From contig JAUSED010000010.1 in the NCBI GenBank assembly GCA_030650425.1, positions 10,104 to 74,103 on the forward strand: 64,000 nt of DNA, in the 5' to 3' direction. Position numbers and translations under genes: made by a program. Source of the stretch: Candidatus Omnitrophota bacterium. Lineage in GTDB: Bacteria; Omnitrophota; Gorgyraeia; Gygaellales; Profunditerraquicolaceae. The number at the start of each line of letters is the position of its first letter. The stretch's first letter is position 1. Shown one piece after another: positions 9,024-18,315 of this stretch. A model generated the notes under the pieces. That model saw only the letters and a program-made list of their open reading frames with translations. It did no database searches and was not told where the DNA came from.

Positions 9024-10154
9024 ATGTTAAATTTCTCGATAGCTAAAAGCCTGAATGAAATTCCGCGCCAAGAGTGGGATAATCTTTTTGGTGAAGAGCT
9101 GATTGAAAGTTATGGCTACCTGAAAACGTTAGAAGCTGGCGGAGTTAAGGAATTTGCTTTCGGATATCTAGTTGGGAAAAGAAATAGCCACATCGTTCTC
9201 ATCCTCCCCTTTTTCATTATGGACTTCTCCTTCGCGATGCTAGCCCCTGAATTCCTACACAAACTAGCCAATATCTTTAACCGTTGGTTAAGCATGAAAA
9301 TAATTTTCTTAGGCTCTCCTACTACCGAAGGATTCTCAATGGGCCTATCACCCAATGAAGATGCCGAAGCAATTTTAGATCAAGCTATAGAAGAATTACG
9401 GGCATTTTCTAGAAAAGAAAAGATCGCGGCTATGGCCTTTTATAATCTCTCGTCAAAATACCTGAAATTAGCTGAATACCTCAAGCGAAAAAAATTCCTG
9501 AAAATGGAGACATTGCCTACTACTACGATTGATATAAAAGCGGAGTCACTTGAAGAATACATCCAAGGGTTGGGGAAAAATACCCGGAAAGACTTAAAGA
9601 AAAAATTACGCCGCTCTCAAGAACTCGTCCAGCTTAAAACCGAAACACGCGTGGAGATATCCGATATCATTGACGATGTTTACAGGTTATATATGAATAA
9701 CGTGAATGACGCGGATGTGCATTTTGAAACCCTGACCAAAGAATTCTTCCTGAATATCTGCCGGAATATGCCCGGCGTGGCTAAATATTTTATTACTTAC
9801 GATCAACATAAAATCGTAGCCTTTAACTTATGTCTAATCAAAGATGGAGTTTTTATTGATAAGTTTATCGGATTCGATTACGCGGTGGCCCACCAGTATC
9901 ATCTTTACTACACTACCTTCTGCCAGAATATGGACTGGTGCATTAAAAACGAGATGCGAGTTTATCAGCCGGGATTTAGCGACTATCATCCTAAAATACG
10001 GCTGGGCGCGCAGCTTATACCGCTGGATATTTATGCCAAGGCCTTTAATCCACTGCTCAATGCATTGATCAGGCTAATTAAACCATTAATTGAACCGAAA
10101 AACTTAGATCCTGTACCTAAGGATTTTCACCCTACAACCATAAACTTTTCATAA
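9024..10154 (+). CDS. FemAB-like / GNAT-fold acyltransferase-family protein (PF04339-like)
   Basis: Only plus-strand gene in the window. The ORF track start at 8733 runs through the repeat elements, so the likely real start is ATG 9024 (MLNFSIAKSLNEIPRQEWDNLF...). Family assignment is from general similarity only. Confidence 0.4.
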   Translation: MLNFSIAKSLNEIPRQEWDNLFGEELIESYGYLKTLEAGGVKEFAFGYLVGKRNSHIVLILPFFIMDFSFAMLAPEFLHKLANIFNRWLSMKIIFLGSPTTEGFSMGLSPNEDAEAILDQAIEELRAFSRKEKIAAMAFYNLSSKYLKLAEYLKRKKFLKMETLPTTTIDIKAESLEEYIQGLGKNTRKDLKKKLRRSQELVQLKTETRVEISDIIDDVYRLYMNNVNDADVHFETLTKEFFLNICRNMPGVAKYFITYDQHKIVAFNLCLIKDGVFIDKFIGFDYAVAHQYHLYYTTFCQNMDWCIKNEMRVYQPGFSDYHPKIRLGAQLIPLDIYAKAFNPLLNALIRLIKPLIEPKNLDPVPKDFHPTTINFS

Positions 10155-12241
10155 TCCGGAAACCGCTGTAATAGTTTATCTTTCAAGAGGATATTCTGCC
10201 GGTACTCCAAACGCAGGTCAAGGTTAAGCAGCTTGATCGCTTCCTCACGGGCCCTTTTCAATAATTGCATCTGAGTGAGGGGATTGGCGATCTTTAATTC
10301 GCTTAAACCATGCTGTTGGCGGCCAAAAAACTCACCCGGCCCTCTAATTCTTAAATCCTCTTCGGCAATCTTAAAACCGTCATTGTATTTAACCATAGCA
10401 TCCAGGCGCGCCTTAGCCTCATCTGTCTGGCTATCGGAAATTAACACGCAAATAGATTCGTCTTTACCTCTACCTACCCTGCCGCGCAATTGGTGCAGTT
10501 GACTCAAGCCAAAACGCTCAGCATGCTCAATAATCATACAAGTGGCGTTAGGAATATCAATACCTACCTCTAACACCGTAGTAGAGACCAAAACATTAAT
10601 CTTAGCTGACTTAAATCCTGACATCACCGCATCCTGTTCTTCTCGCTTAAGCCTGCCATGGATCAAGCCTACTTTGAAATCCTTAAATTCTCCTGCTTTT
10701 AACTCCGCGTACATTTTTTTAGCTCCGGAGATATCCAAGACGTAAGATTCGTCAATCACCGGATAAATGATATACACCTGCCGGCCTAATTTTAGTTCTT
10801 CTTTGGCCAGCTTATAGGCCTCGCTTCTATGCGCCTGCTCGAATAAAAGCGTTTTTACCGGAAGCCTACCTTGCGGAAGCTCATTAATGATCGAAACATC
10901 TAAATCTCCGTAAAGGGTAATCGCTAAGGTCCGCGGGATAGGGGTGGCAGTCATAATCAGAACATCCGGATTTACGCCTTTCGCCGGAAGAAGCAGCCGC
11001 TGGCCCACGCCGAATTTATGCTGTTCGTCGATCACCACCAGCCCCAAGTTTTTAAACTTAACCCCCTGCTCCAAAAGCGCGTGCGTGCCAATCAGCAAAT
11101 CTATGCTTCCTTCTCTTATATCCTGATATATTTTATCTCTCTCTTTCTTGGCGGCACTACTAGTTAATAAACCAACTGCGATTTGTTTCTTCTGACTTCT
11201 GATTTCTGACAGCTGACTTCTGATTTTTTCAAAATGCTGCCAAGCCAATATTTCCGTAGGCACCATCAAAGCCGCCTGATAACCTCCCTGAATGGCCATT
11301 AAACTGGTAGCAGTTGCTACCACTGTCTTACCCGAACCCACATCTCCCTGCAAGAGACGCTGCATAGGGCGAGCTAAAGCCATATCTGATTTTATTTCGG
11401 CGATAACTTTTTCTTGGGCGCTAGTTAGGTGAAAAGGAAGCCCGGAAAGAAAATCTACTACTAATATCCCGCCTACCTTATGCGCGATACCTAATTTATC
11501 TTTCCTTTTTAATTTACGCAAAACCAGCGGCAACTGGAATAAAAAGAATTCTTCAAAGCTTAGGCGCGTGTAGGCTTCTTTTTGCAGGCTGAGGCTTTCC
11601 GGAAAATGTATATTTAATAAAGCCTTGGCTAAATTTAAGAGGTTGTTCCTCTGCCTTATATCATAAGGAAGGCATTCTTTTAATTTAGATAAATATTCAT
11701 CCAGGGCATTTTTGATCAGGCGGCGCAAAGTCCGCTGCGAAAAACCCGCGGGTAAAGAATAAACCGGGACCAAGCGGCCGACTGAAAGCTGCGCGTCAGT
11801 TTCATCGCTGATCATTTCGAACTCAGGATTGCTCATCTGGAGCCGCGAGCCATAGACTTCGACTTTTCCGTATAAGATAACTTCGCTTTCCGGCTTGAAA
11901 TATTCTTTAAGGTACGGCTGATTAAACCAAACGCAAGTTACTCTTCCCGTATCATCAGCTACACTGACTTCGGTAATATTAAACCTGCGCCTGCCTTGCC
12001 TGCCGGCAGGCAGGCGCCAAGAATCATGCTGGCCCAGGGCTAAAACCTTAGCTTTGATCGTCTGGATTTCGCCGGGCTTTAGTTGAGAGATAGGAACAAA
12101 ATTAGTGCGGTCTTCGTACCTGCGGGGGAAATAATAAAACAGGTCGTTAACGGTATTTATTCCGGAGCTGGCAAGATTCTTCGCCCGCTTCGGGCCTACG
12201 CCTTTAAGGTACCTTATAGATGTGTGTTCCGGATTATTCAT
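10127..12241 (-). CDS. recG: ATP-dependent DNA helicase RecG
   Basis: 704 aa. N-terminus MNNPEHTSIRYLKGVGPKRAKNL (HhH), wedge domain, helicase motifs GDVGSGKT, DEQHKFGV and QLRGRVGRG. Confidence 0.9.
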   Translation of the reverse strand: MNNPEHTSIRYLKGVGPKRAKNLASSGINTVNDLFYYFPRRYEDRTNFVPISQLKPGEIQTIKAKVLALGQHDSWRLPAGRQGRRRFNITEVSVADDTGRVTCVWFNQPYLKEYFKPESEVILYGKVEVYGSRLQMSNPEFEMISDETDAQLSVGRLVPVYSLPAGFSQRTLRRLIKNALDEYLSKLKECLPYDIRQRNNLLNLAKALLNIHFPESLSLQKEAYTRLSFEEFFLFQLPLVLRKLKRKDKLGIAHKVGGILVVDFLSGLPFHLTSAQEKVIAEIKSDMALARPMQRLLQGDVGSGKTVVATATSLMAIQGGYQAALMVPTEILAWQHFEKIRSQLSEIRSQKKQIAVGLLTSSAAKKERDKIYQDIREGSIDLLIGTHALLEQGVKFKNLGLVVIDEQHKFGVGQRLLLPAKGVNPDVLIMTATPIPRTLAITLYGDLDVSIINELPQGRLPVKTLLFEQAHRSEAYKLAKEELKLGRQVYIIYPVIDESYVLDISGAKKMYAELKAGEFKDFKVGLIHGRLKREEQDAVMSGFKSAKINVLVSTTVLEVGIDIPNATCMIIEHAERFGLSQLHQLRGRVGRGKDESICVLISDSQTDEAKARLDAMVKYNDGFKIAEEDLRIRGPGEFFGRQQHGLSELKIANPLTQMQLLKRAREEAIKLLNLDLRLEYRQNILLKDKLLQRFPDYEKFMVVG

Positions 12242-12303
12242 ATTTAAAAATATTATACTGTAAGACTAGGGAGTTATCTATAAAAATAGTTTTCCTTCAT
12301 CCC

Positions 12304-12436
12304 AGGGGACACTTTCCTTTGGGCCAGAAGGGGACACTTTCCTTTGGGCCAGAAGGGGACACTTTCCATTGAGTGGCTTCGCCATAGCCCTGACGGAAAG
12401 TGTCCCCCTCTGCGGAAGTTGGAAAATGTCCCCTGC
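12304..12436. repeat. Compound family A element (three left arms), intergenic
   Basis: ggggacactttcctttgggccagaa x2 ... ggaaagtgtcccc...ggaaaatgtcccctgc. It generates spurious ORFs 12274..12594 and 12344..12550. Confidence 0.8.
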
Positions 12437-12472
12437 TGCTGGGGTTGCCATAAAATATATTTTCCTAGGGAC

Positions 12473-12609
12473 TTGAAAAACGGAAAAAATATGGCATACT
12501 TATATTGCAGGTGGAAGAGAAGCCTGCGAACAAGGAGGTTAGGTAGATAGCGGAAGCTAGAAGGCCTATCACCTACAAGAAAACCCCGAATCACTCGGGG
12601 CTTTTTTGT
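12473..12609 (+). ncRNA. Candidate small RNA, copy 1: promoter-like TTGAAA..TACTTATATT, ~90-nt body, intrinsic terminator
   Basis: Conserved with 55588-55713: GCATACTTA(T)ATTGC ... GATAGCGGAA(A)GCTA..AGGCCTATCACCTACAA(A)AAACCCCGA-loop-TCGGGG-T6. No plus-strand ORF nearby. Confidence 0.45.
12581..12609 (+). terminator. Rho-independent terminator (CCCCGA-ATCAC-TCGGGG plus TTTTTTG)
   Basis: GC stem followed by a T6 run on the plus strand. Confidence 0.7.
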
Positions 12610-12759
12610 TGACAGTAACTCTTTTACCTTCTATACCACCATATCCAGCCAAGTATGCGCACGGCTTAACCACTCATTCTCAAATTCGCGGCCGGTGAGC
12701 GCTGACTGATAGCGATAATCTTCTTTGATGCAATAGACGTAGACACTCATTAGTTTAAA

Positions 12760-13032
12760 TTAAAAATGAGAAAAATAAACACAGCTCTTAAAAGGTAAAT
12801 TCGGCCTAAGGTCTCTTATGGGAACACAGGCAAATTGTTTCCCGGAAACTGTTTTATGTATACCTATCCTATGGTCATAGACAGGACAAAAATATTTTCC
12901 TGCTTCATCCCTCTTTAATTGCTCGCAAGGGTCTCCGTCAAAAGCGCCGCAACAGGCTCCGCACCTCCTGCAGAGGGCCTCATATCTTGCCTGCTCTTCT
13001 TCCTGTTTTCGTAAATACGCTGTTTCATCCAT
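12760..13032 (-). CDS. YkgJ-family Fe-S/zinc cysteine-cluster protein (CxxCxxCC)
   Basis: LCRRCGACCGAFDGDPCEQL and FCPVY motifs. Paralog at 53716..54093. Confidence 0.55.
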   Translation of the reverse strand: MDETAYLRKQEEEQARYEALCRRCGACCGAFDGDPCEQLKRDEAGKYFCPVYDHRIGIHKTVSGKQFACVPIRDLRPNLPFKSCVYFSHF

Positions 13033-13054
13033 AAAGATATTATACTCGATAAAA

Positions 13055-13095
13055 CAAGAATCCCAAGCTTTTTTCGGACTTGGGATTATTTGTTC
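13055..13095 (-). terminator. Hairpin AATCCCAAG-tccgaaaaaa-CTTGGGATT plus CTTGTTTT (minus sense), downstream of the DUF2950 gene
   Basis: Member of the recurrent CCCAAGC...GCTTGGG hairpin family. Confidence 0.45.
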
Positions 13096-13099
13096 CGCA

Positions 13100-13145
13100 A
13101 TCCTCTCAACTACAAGTAGTTAGATACAACATCTACGGTTTTTTT
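13100..13145 (-). repeat. Conserved post-stop motif AAACCGTAGATGTTGTATCTAACTACTTGTAGTTGAGAAG, copy 1
   Basis: Near-identical copies start at or near the stop codons at 13179, 33000 and 34320. Internal palindrome AACTAC..GTAGTT. Confidence 0.6.
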
Positions 13146-13178
13146 GAAAATGAAGAAAAGCCGCTACCCGCCGAGCTA

Positions 13179-14147
13179 TTACTGTGCCCTGCTCCATGTC
13201 GAATCGGGATTATAACCTACCATAGCTCCCAGGATCTTATCGGTATCCGGCCCGAGATCTTTCTCATAGACAATACCATTCTGATTAACTATGAATGTCA
13301 TTATTCCTGAAACTGCGTATTCGGCCGGCCATGCTGCCAGCGCAAAACCAGCAACCATGTGTTCGTTAATCAAGTAGCTGTACGCGCCGCCCGGAGCGTT
13401 CGCGCCTTGAGCCGTGAGTATTTTATAATGGTAGCCGTGGTATGGCGCGGGAGATATCATGCAGACCTCACCGACCACGTAACCCTCCTTGCTGGCTGCG
13501 ACAAACAACGGGCCAAGGGGGCTCGGCGGTTCTCCTTCTGTCTCTTCCCAGAAAAGGCCGTCCCGTCTACCAGGCTCGCTGCAAAACTTCCGGGCGTATT
13601 GCATAACCCCATCCATGTCGCGGTCAATGCCGGCATACTCTCTCTGGGCCTGCACAAAAGCCTGACAAGAACTTATAGCGCGAAGCTCATTACGCCCGAT
13701 CCTGCGCTTCAAGAGTTCCTGAAGCCCATCGGCGGTATTAAAAACCCAGCCTGCCTCTTTCTTAACAATAGGAACAGCCATAGGATAACTATCTTTACCG
13801 AGAATGACAGAGACCGTTCCGTTATCGTCTACAAAATTTACTTTCTCCTTATAACTTTTTGCGAATTTAGCGCGGTTATTCTTATCAGCCACCGCATCTC
13901 CCGAATCGATTATATCCTTTCCTTCAGGGCCAAAAATGGCAAGCATTTTTTCCGCGTCATTGCTTTTAGCCGCCTTAACAAGCATTTCCATTGCCTCTTC
14001 CGGAGATTGAAATACGGTTTGAGCCTGGACCCCCCCAGGCGCAAAAAAGACAAAAAGCGTAACGGCCGTAAATAAGAAAACTCCAATAAACGCGGGCATT
14101 ATAAAACAAGCGAATTTTCTTTTCCTAAAATTATTTAATATAACCAT
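13179..14147 (-). CDS. DUF2950-family secreted protein
   Basis: Signal peptide, then QTVFQSPEEAMEMLVKAAKSNDAEKMLAIFGPEGKDIIDSGDAVADKNNRAKF, which is typical of DUF2950. Partnered with a DUF3300 gene. Confidence 0.6.
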   Translation of the reverse strand: MVILNNFRKRKFACFIMPAFIGVFLFTAVTLFVFFAPGGVQAQTVFQSPEEAMEMLVKAAKSNDAEKMLAIFGPEGKDIIDSGDAVADKNNRAKFAKSYKEKVNFVDDNGTVSVILGKDSYPMAVPIVKKEAGWVFNTADGLQELLKRRIGRNELRAISSCQAFVQAQREYAGIDRDMDGVMQYARKFCSEPGRRDGLFWEETEGEPPSPLGPLFVAASKEGYVVGEVCMISPAPYHGYHYKILTAQGANAPGGAYSYLINEHMVAGFALAAWPAEYAVSGIMTFIVNQNGIVYEKDLGPDTDKILGAMVGYNPDSTWSRAQ

Positions 14148-14204
14148 CTTCTCCCTCCCGATTATTTAAATTTATACTTATAATTCCACAATACGGCTTA
14201 GGGT

Positions 14205-15611
14205 TCACCGGCGGTTGTCTCTCCGGTCTTCACCTCTGCGGTCCTGTCTGCTATCGCTCCTGCTTCCGCCGCCCCCTCTACTACCGTCGTCGCCTTGGCG
14301 CGAACGTCCGCTACCTCCCCTAACCCTAATCTCCTGTGTGCTGGATTGCCCGCGAAAGCTAGCTGCGCGTTCGCTTCCGCCTCTACCCACGCCGCTAAAG
14401 ACGTTGACATTTTCTCTGCCGCGGCCGGAAATTACAGGCCTCGCGGCTTCCTGAAGCTGAGCGCCACGGGATAGAGAACCCGTTGCCTGCCGAGGCCTTT
14501 CGCTAACTTGCGCCCTATCTCTGCCTCTCAATTCAACCCTCGGAATCTCTCTGGATTGCCTGCCACGGCCACTGGATCCTCTCATTTGTTCCGAAGGCCT
14601 TGCGCCTACCGCGGTTCCAGCGCCGCTAATACGATCCGACGGCCCTGACTGAACTTGAGCGCGGCCGCGAAATTCAGAAGCAGCTTCCGCCCTCTCTGAA
14701 GACCTGGAAACACGCCGGCCCTCAAAACGCTGAGCCGTAATTGAATCGCGATACTTCACGCCCCTGCGATACCGAGAGTCATGATGCCAGGCGTCATATT
14801 TTTTCCCCCTGTCGACATGAAAACGGTTCACGTGCCTAAAGTTCTTGACTACAAAAACATTAAAATTGCTGACATGGATAAATACGCCATGGAAACGCCA
14901 GTCGCAAAAAAATGATCCCCATCCCCACCACGCGTTGACATAATACCCTCTCAAAAACGGGCCTCTTATATATCCGGGATAATAGCAGTAATATGGCGGA
15001 TAATCCGGATACCACCAGGTACCGTATATTACACCAGGGTCATATACCGGCACATATACTATTTTCGGTTCGGCTGACTCAATGACTATTATTTTTGTTT
15101 CAGTATCAACCTTAACGGCCTGCTCTTTGCCTGATTTAAGATTACCCTGCGCGTAAGCTTTTTGTCTCAGGCGCTGGACGGAATCCATCACATCGCGCTG
15201 CTGGGCAAGAAAAGCGTTTCCTAATTTAGTGGTCCACTCCAACTGGCTATCCATCATTATCAATACATCAGGGAACTGAAGCAGCGCCTTAACACTCGGC
15301 TCCCAATCCCTGTCAATAGCCGCATCTATCAAGGCCTGTTCCTTTAACCCGGAGTTATCCTTTATAAACCTGCTAGCAGAAACGATATCCAAGGGGTAAG
15401 TCGCAGCCGTGAGAACCTGCGCCAGAAGCGCGTCAGGATACAAAGCAATGGGCGCGAGCATCTGGTCTAATTCTTCCGGCCTGAAAGCTTGCTCAATATT
15501 CTCTGCAGGCATGGTATCGGTATATTCCTGCGCCCTCGCCGCAAACGGAAGAACGAGTAAGGATAAAAAAACGAATAGCATCGCGCGTTTAAGATTTCTT
15601 TCCTTCTTCAT
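14205..15611 (-). CDS. DUF3300-family secreted protein with long R/G/S/D-rich low-complexity C-terminal tail
   Basis: LAPIALYPDALLAQVLTAATYP hallmark. C-terminal ~170 aa is RG/SR-rich. Confidence 0.65.
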   Translation of the reverse strand: MKKERNLKRAMLFVFLSLLVLPFAARAQEYTDTMPAENIEQAFRPEELDQMLAPIALYPDALLAQVLTAATYPLDIVSASRFIKDNSGLKEQALIDAAIDRDWEPSVKALLQFPDVLIMMDSQLEWTTKLGNAFLAQQRDVMDSVQRLRQKAYAQGNLKSGKEQAVKVDTETKIIVIESAEPKIVYVPVYDPGVIYGTWWYPDYPPYYCYYPGYIRGPFLRGYYVNAWWGWGSFFCDWRFHGVFIHVSNFNVFVVKNFRHVNRFHVDRGKKYDAWHHDSRYRRGVKYRDSITAQRFEGRRVSRSSERAEAASEFRGRAQVQSGPSDRISGAGTAVGARPSEQMRGSSGRGRQSREIPRVELRGRDRAQVSERPRQATGSLSRGAQLQEAARPVISGRGRENVNVFSGVGRGGSERAASFRGQSSTQEIRVRGGSGRSRQGDDGSRGGGGSRSDSRQDRRGEDRRDNRR

Positions 15612-15729
15612 AGCAATATCCCCTTTCTAATCTTAAAAAGTGAGTATAATATTCTGCCCTTATTGACTTTATTATAAACATAACCGCCTGAAAATGAATT
15701 GGCTTATTCAGCTTATTTCTGACTTTTTT

Positions 15730-15800
15730 CTACTTATTTGAAAAAATCTATGGTCAAACTATGTGATCATAGATTTTCGACAAGGGGATGACCTCTCTGT
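15730..15800 (-). repeat. Partial copy (3' half) of the GAGAGGTC/CCTCGTAAGGACG element, in the 5' leader of the DUF3300 gene
   Basis: cgacaaggggatgacctctctgtaagcagctacagg matches half of the full element at 30085-30185. Confidence 0.5.
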
Positions 15801-15884
15801 AAGCAGCTACAGGAAAAATAATCAAATCTTTTCCATAAATTTGTCCGCCTATGGCCATTTTGCCGTATGAGTATGATTCGATCT

Positions 15885-16577
15885 TCATTCCGCCACCTTA
15901 AGATGCTTTAAAAACCAACCCTTTGCCAGTTCAGCGACTTTCTCCAATGCGCCTGGCTCCTCAAAAAGATGCGTCGCGCCGGGTACAATTATAAGTTCTT
16001 TTTCCGCTTTAATTTTATTTAACGCTTCTTCATTTATCTTAATCACCTGGTGATCATTGCCGCCAACAATTAAAAGGACGGGCGCTTTCACGGTAGAAAG
16101 GCTCTCGCCGGCCAAATCAGGCCTGCCGCCTCGGGAAACGATCGCGTGAATACTTTCTACTGCCTTTGCCGCAGCTTTTAACGCGCTGGCTGCCCCGGTA
16201 CTTGCGCCGAAATATCCTATGTCGAAATTCTTCGTCGAAGGATTATGACTTAACCAATCCGTCGCGCTAAGTAAACGTCCCGTAAGTAGCTCTATATCGA
16301 ATCTGAACTGCGCGGTTATGGCGTCCAACTCATCTTCATCTTTAGTTAGAAGATCGACCAATAATGTTGCTATGAATGCCTTATTTAAATACTCTGCCAC
16401 TAACCTATTTCTCGGACTAAACCTGCCGCTTCCGCTGCCATGAGAAAAAATAACGGCATATTTAGCTCCGGGCGGCACGATTAAATCGCCAAAGATACTT
16501 GCCTTTCCGCTCTTGATCTCAATGTTCTTCGAGATCACTATGCGGGGCCTTTTTAAATTCAAGGACTTTTTCAACAT
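15885..16577 (-). CDS. Dienelactone hydrolase-family alpha/beta hydrolase
   Basis: AVIFSHGSGSGRFSPRN, GYFGASTGAASAL nucleophile elbow, and a GATHLF His motif. Confidence 0.7.
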   Translation of the reverse strand: MLKKSLNLKRPRIVISKNIEIKSGKASIFGDLIVPPGAKYAVIFSHGSGSGRFSPRNRLVAEYLNKAFIATLLVDLLTKDEDELDAITAQFRFDIELLTGRLLSATDWLSHNPSTKNFDIGYFGASTGAASALKAAAKAVESIHAIVSRGGRPDLAGESLSTVKAPVLLIVGGNDHQVIKINEEALNKIKAEKELIIVPGATHLFEEPGALEKVAELAKGWFLKHLKVAE

Positions 16578-16923
16578 TTATCACCAATTCTCTCTCTGCT
16601 TGCGGCGAAGGCTCCTCTTTTTCCAACTTCCGGTCATACCCGTCAAGAATCGCGATTTCTCTCAAATCCTCTCTCTTACCCAACAACTGATAACCGACAT
16701 CGCGTTCTTTATCCCATACAATAACCCCGATACCTGCTTTATTTTTAAGATTCATTACCGTACCGGGACAGAACCATCCGGCTACCGATAATTGTCCTTT
16801 AGGGCTAATGCCGATTTTAGTTGCTACAGTAAGATGCGGATACATATCATCAGCAGTGGTTAAAAAAACATACCCTAATTCCTGCCCTAGATTAACTGCT
16901 TTCTCAATCAATTCATTTCTCAT
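16519..16923 (-). CDS. Pyridoxamine 5'-phosphate oxidase-like FMN-binding split-barrel protein
   Basis: 134 aa. GYVFLTTADDMYPHLTV pattern. Assignment is tentative. Confidence 0.45.
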   Translation of the reverse strand: MRNELIEKAVNLGQELGYVFLTTADDMYPHLTVATKIGISPKGQLSVAGWFCPGTVMNLKNKAGIGVIVWDKERDVGYQLLGKREDLREIAILDGYDRKLEKEEPSPQAERELVINVEKVLEFKKAPHSDLEEH

Positions 16924-17047
16924 TTTTAATGCTCCTTAGTTCTAACTGCCTTTTTTAAAATCTCCGTGACTTCTTCATCGGAAGCCTGTTCAATAAGAGA
17001 CAATGCGCGATTTTCCCACTTATTCTCCTCTTGCCTTTATGCATAAC

Positions 17048-17834
17048 TCATCCTGAGGAATGCAAGCGTGAATATAACACTTGGATCGTATTGCCCGGTA
17101 AGCGGCTGAACGTAATCTTCGCCGGTGATTCAATGAGATGAAAGAAACCGTTTCGTATAAGCACGCCAATATTAAAAAAATCTCTCGCCAGCGGTACGCT
17201 GAATTCTGCCGGAGCGTGTTCGCGCTTGCGTAAAAGGTCTGCTCTTAAAATAGCGAGTTCTGCCATAGATACGCTGGAAGGGATAGGGTAATCGAAGATA
17301 TCTGCCGGCACTTTCAGAAAATCCCCATGCGAAGATTCGATCCACTCGCCATCTACCCTGTATTCTTGAACCTTGGAGAAAAACTCATCCATTTCGTCCG
17401 TAAACATACCTGTCTCTTCATGCAAATAGGTTAAAAATAACAGCACAGATGCCGAATCCTGTAAAAAACCTTCTTCTTGAACATGAGAATCTATCGAACT
17501 ATGATAAATCTCACTGCCGAAACAATTAACATCTCTTAATCGCCGGAAAATATCCTCTGCCTTGCTAAGGAATTTTTTATCTTCAAGATACCTAAATGGA
17601 AACAAAGTTTGCGTTAAGATAGCCCGCTATTTCTTTATTGTTGAATGCTTCCCGCGCCATCACATGACACCAATGGCACGTGGAATATCCTATTGAAGCA
17701 AAAATGATCTTGTTTTCGGATCGGGCATGCTCAAGGACGCTCTCGTCCCATTCCTGCCACCATACGGGGTTATCCTTATGCTGTTGTAGATATGGCGAGC
17801 TTGCCTTGCCTAAGTTATTCTGTGTAAAAACCAT
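17048..17834 (-). pseudogene. Fragmented DUF255/YyaL-like thioredoxin-domain gene (frameshift and truncation)
   Basis: N-terminal part SPYLQQHKDNPVWWQEWDESVLEHARSENKIIFASIGYSTCHWCHVMAREAF...NANFVSI ends at 17592. It continues in another frame (17048..17605). Total ~310 aa versus ~680 aa typical for YyaL. Confidence 0.5.
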
Positions 17835-17874
17835 CGAAAAAATTATCCCCCGCATTTTATATTTTTTAAACAAC

Positions 17875-18291
17875 TTAGGCAGGCTCGGAAACTTTTTCCA
17901 GAATTTTACAGGCAGTCTCACGGCTCCCCCGTAATACAATATCGCCGAGAGAAAGCATCCCCACCAGTTCTTTGTCATGATTTATAACGGGGAGCCTTCG
18001 TATTTTTTTATTTTCCATTTTATCGGCAACTCTTCCTACCTCTTCATCCTCGAAGCACCATTCGACTTTCGAAGACATTATCTCCTTAACCTTCGTAGAG
18101 CTGGGGTCTTTTCCCTCGGCTGTCAGGCGGACCGTTATGTCGCGATCCGTCACGATACCAACGAGACGGTTATTTTCACACACTGGCAATACTCCGATAT
18201 TGAGATCTCTCATCTTTTGCGATACCTCCTTAACGGATGTTTCCGGCCTTACAACTTCGATCTTCGTCGTCATCTCATTTTTTACCTGCAT
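17875..18291 (-). CDS. CBS domain pair protein
   Basis: Two CBS motifs: GVLPVCENNRLVGIVTDRDI and RLPVINHDKELVGMLSLGDI. Confidence 0.7.
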   Translation of the reverse strand: MQVKNEMTTKIEVVRPETSVKEVSQKMRDLNIGVLPVCENNRLVGIVTDRDITVRLTAEGKDPSSTKVKEIMSSKVEWCFEDEEVGRVADKMENKKIRRLPVINHDKELVGMLSLGDIVLRGSRETACKILEKVSEPA

Positions 18292-18315
18292 AGCATCCTC
18301 CTTTAATTTCTTAAT

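Noticed and set aside
12274-12594. ORFs 12274..12594 (-) and 12344..12550 (+); similar ones at 50281..50469, 50202..50420, 8733..9023 (N-terminal extension), 41616..41711 and 36835..36882
   Set aside because: They consist entirely of family A palindromic repeat sequence and read equally on both strands. Their peptides (RGHFPSGL..., KESVP...) are repeat-derived, not genes.
14198-14454. ORFs 14198..14410 (-) and 14215..14454 (+) rich in Pro/Leu/Ala
   Set aside because: They lie inside the low-complexity RG-rich 3' region of the DUF3300 gene in alternative frames, so they are artefacts.
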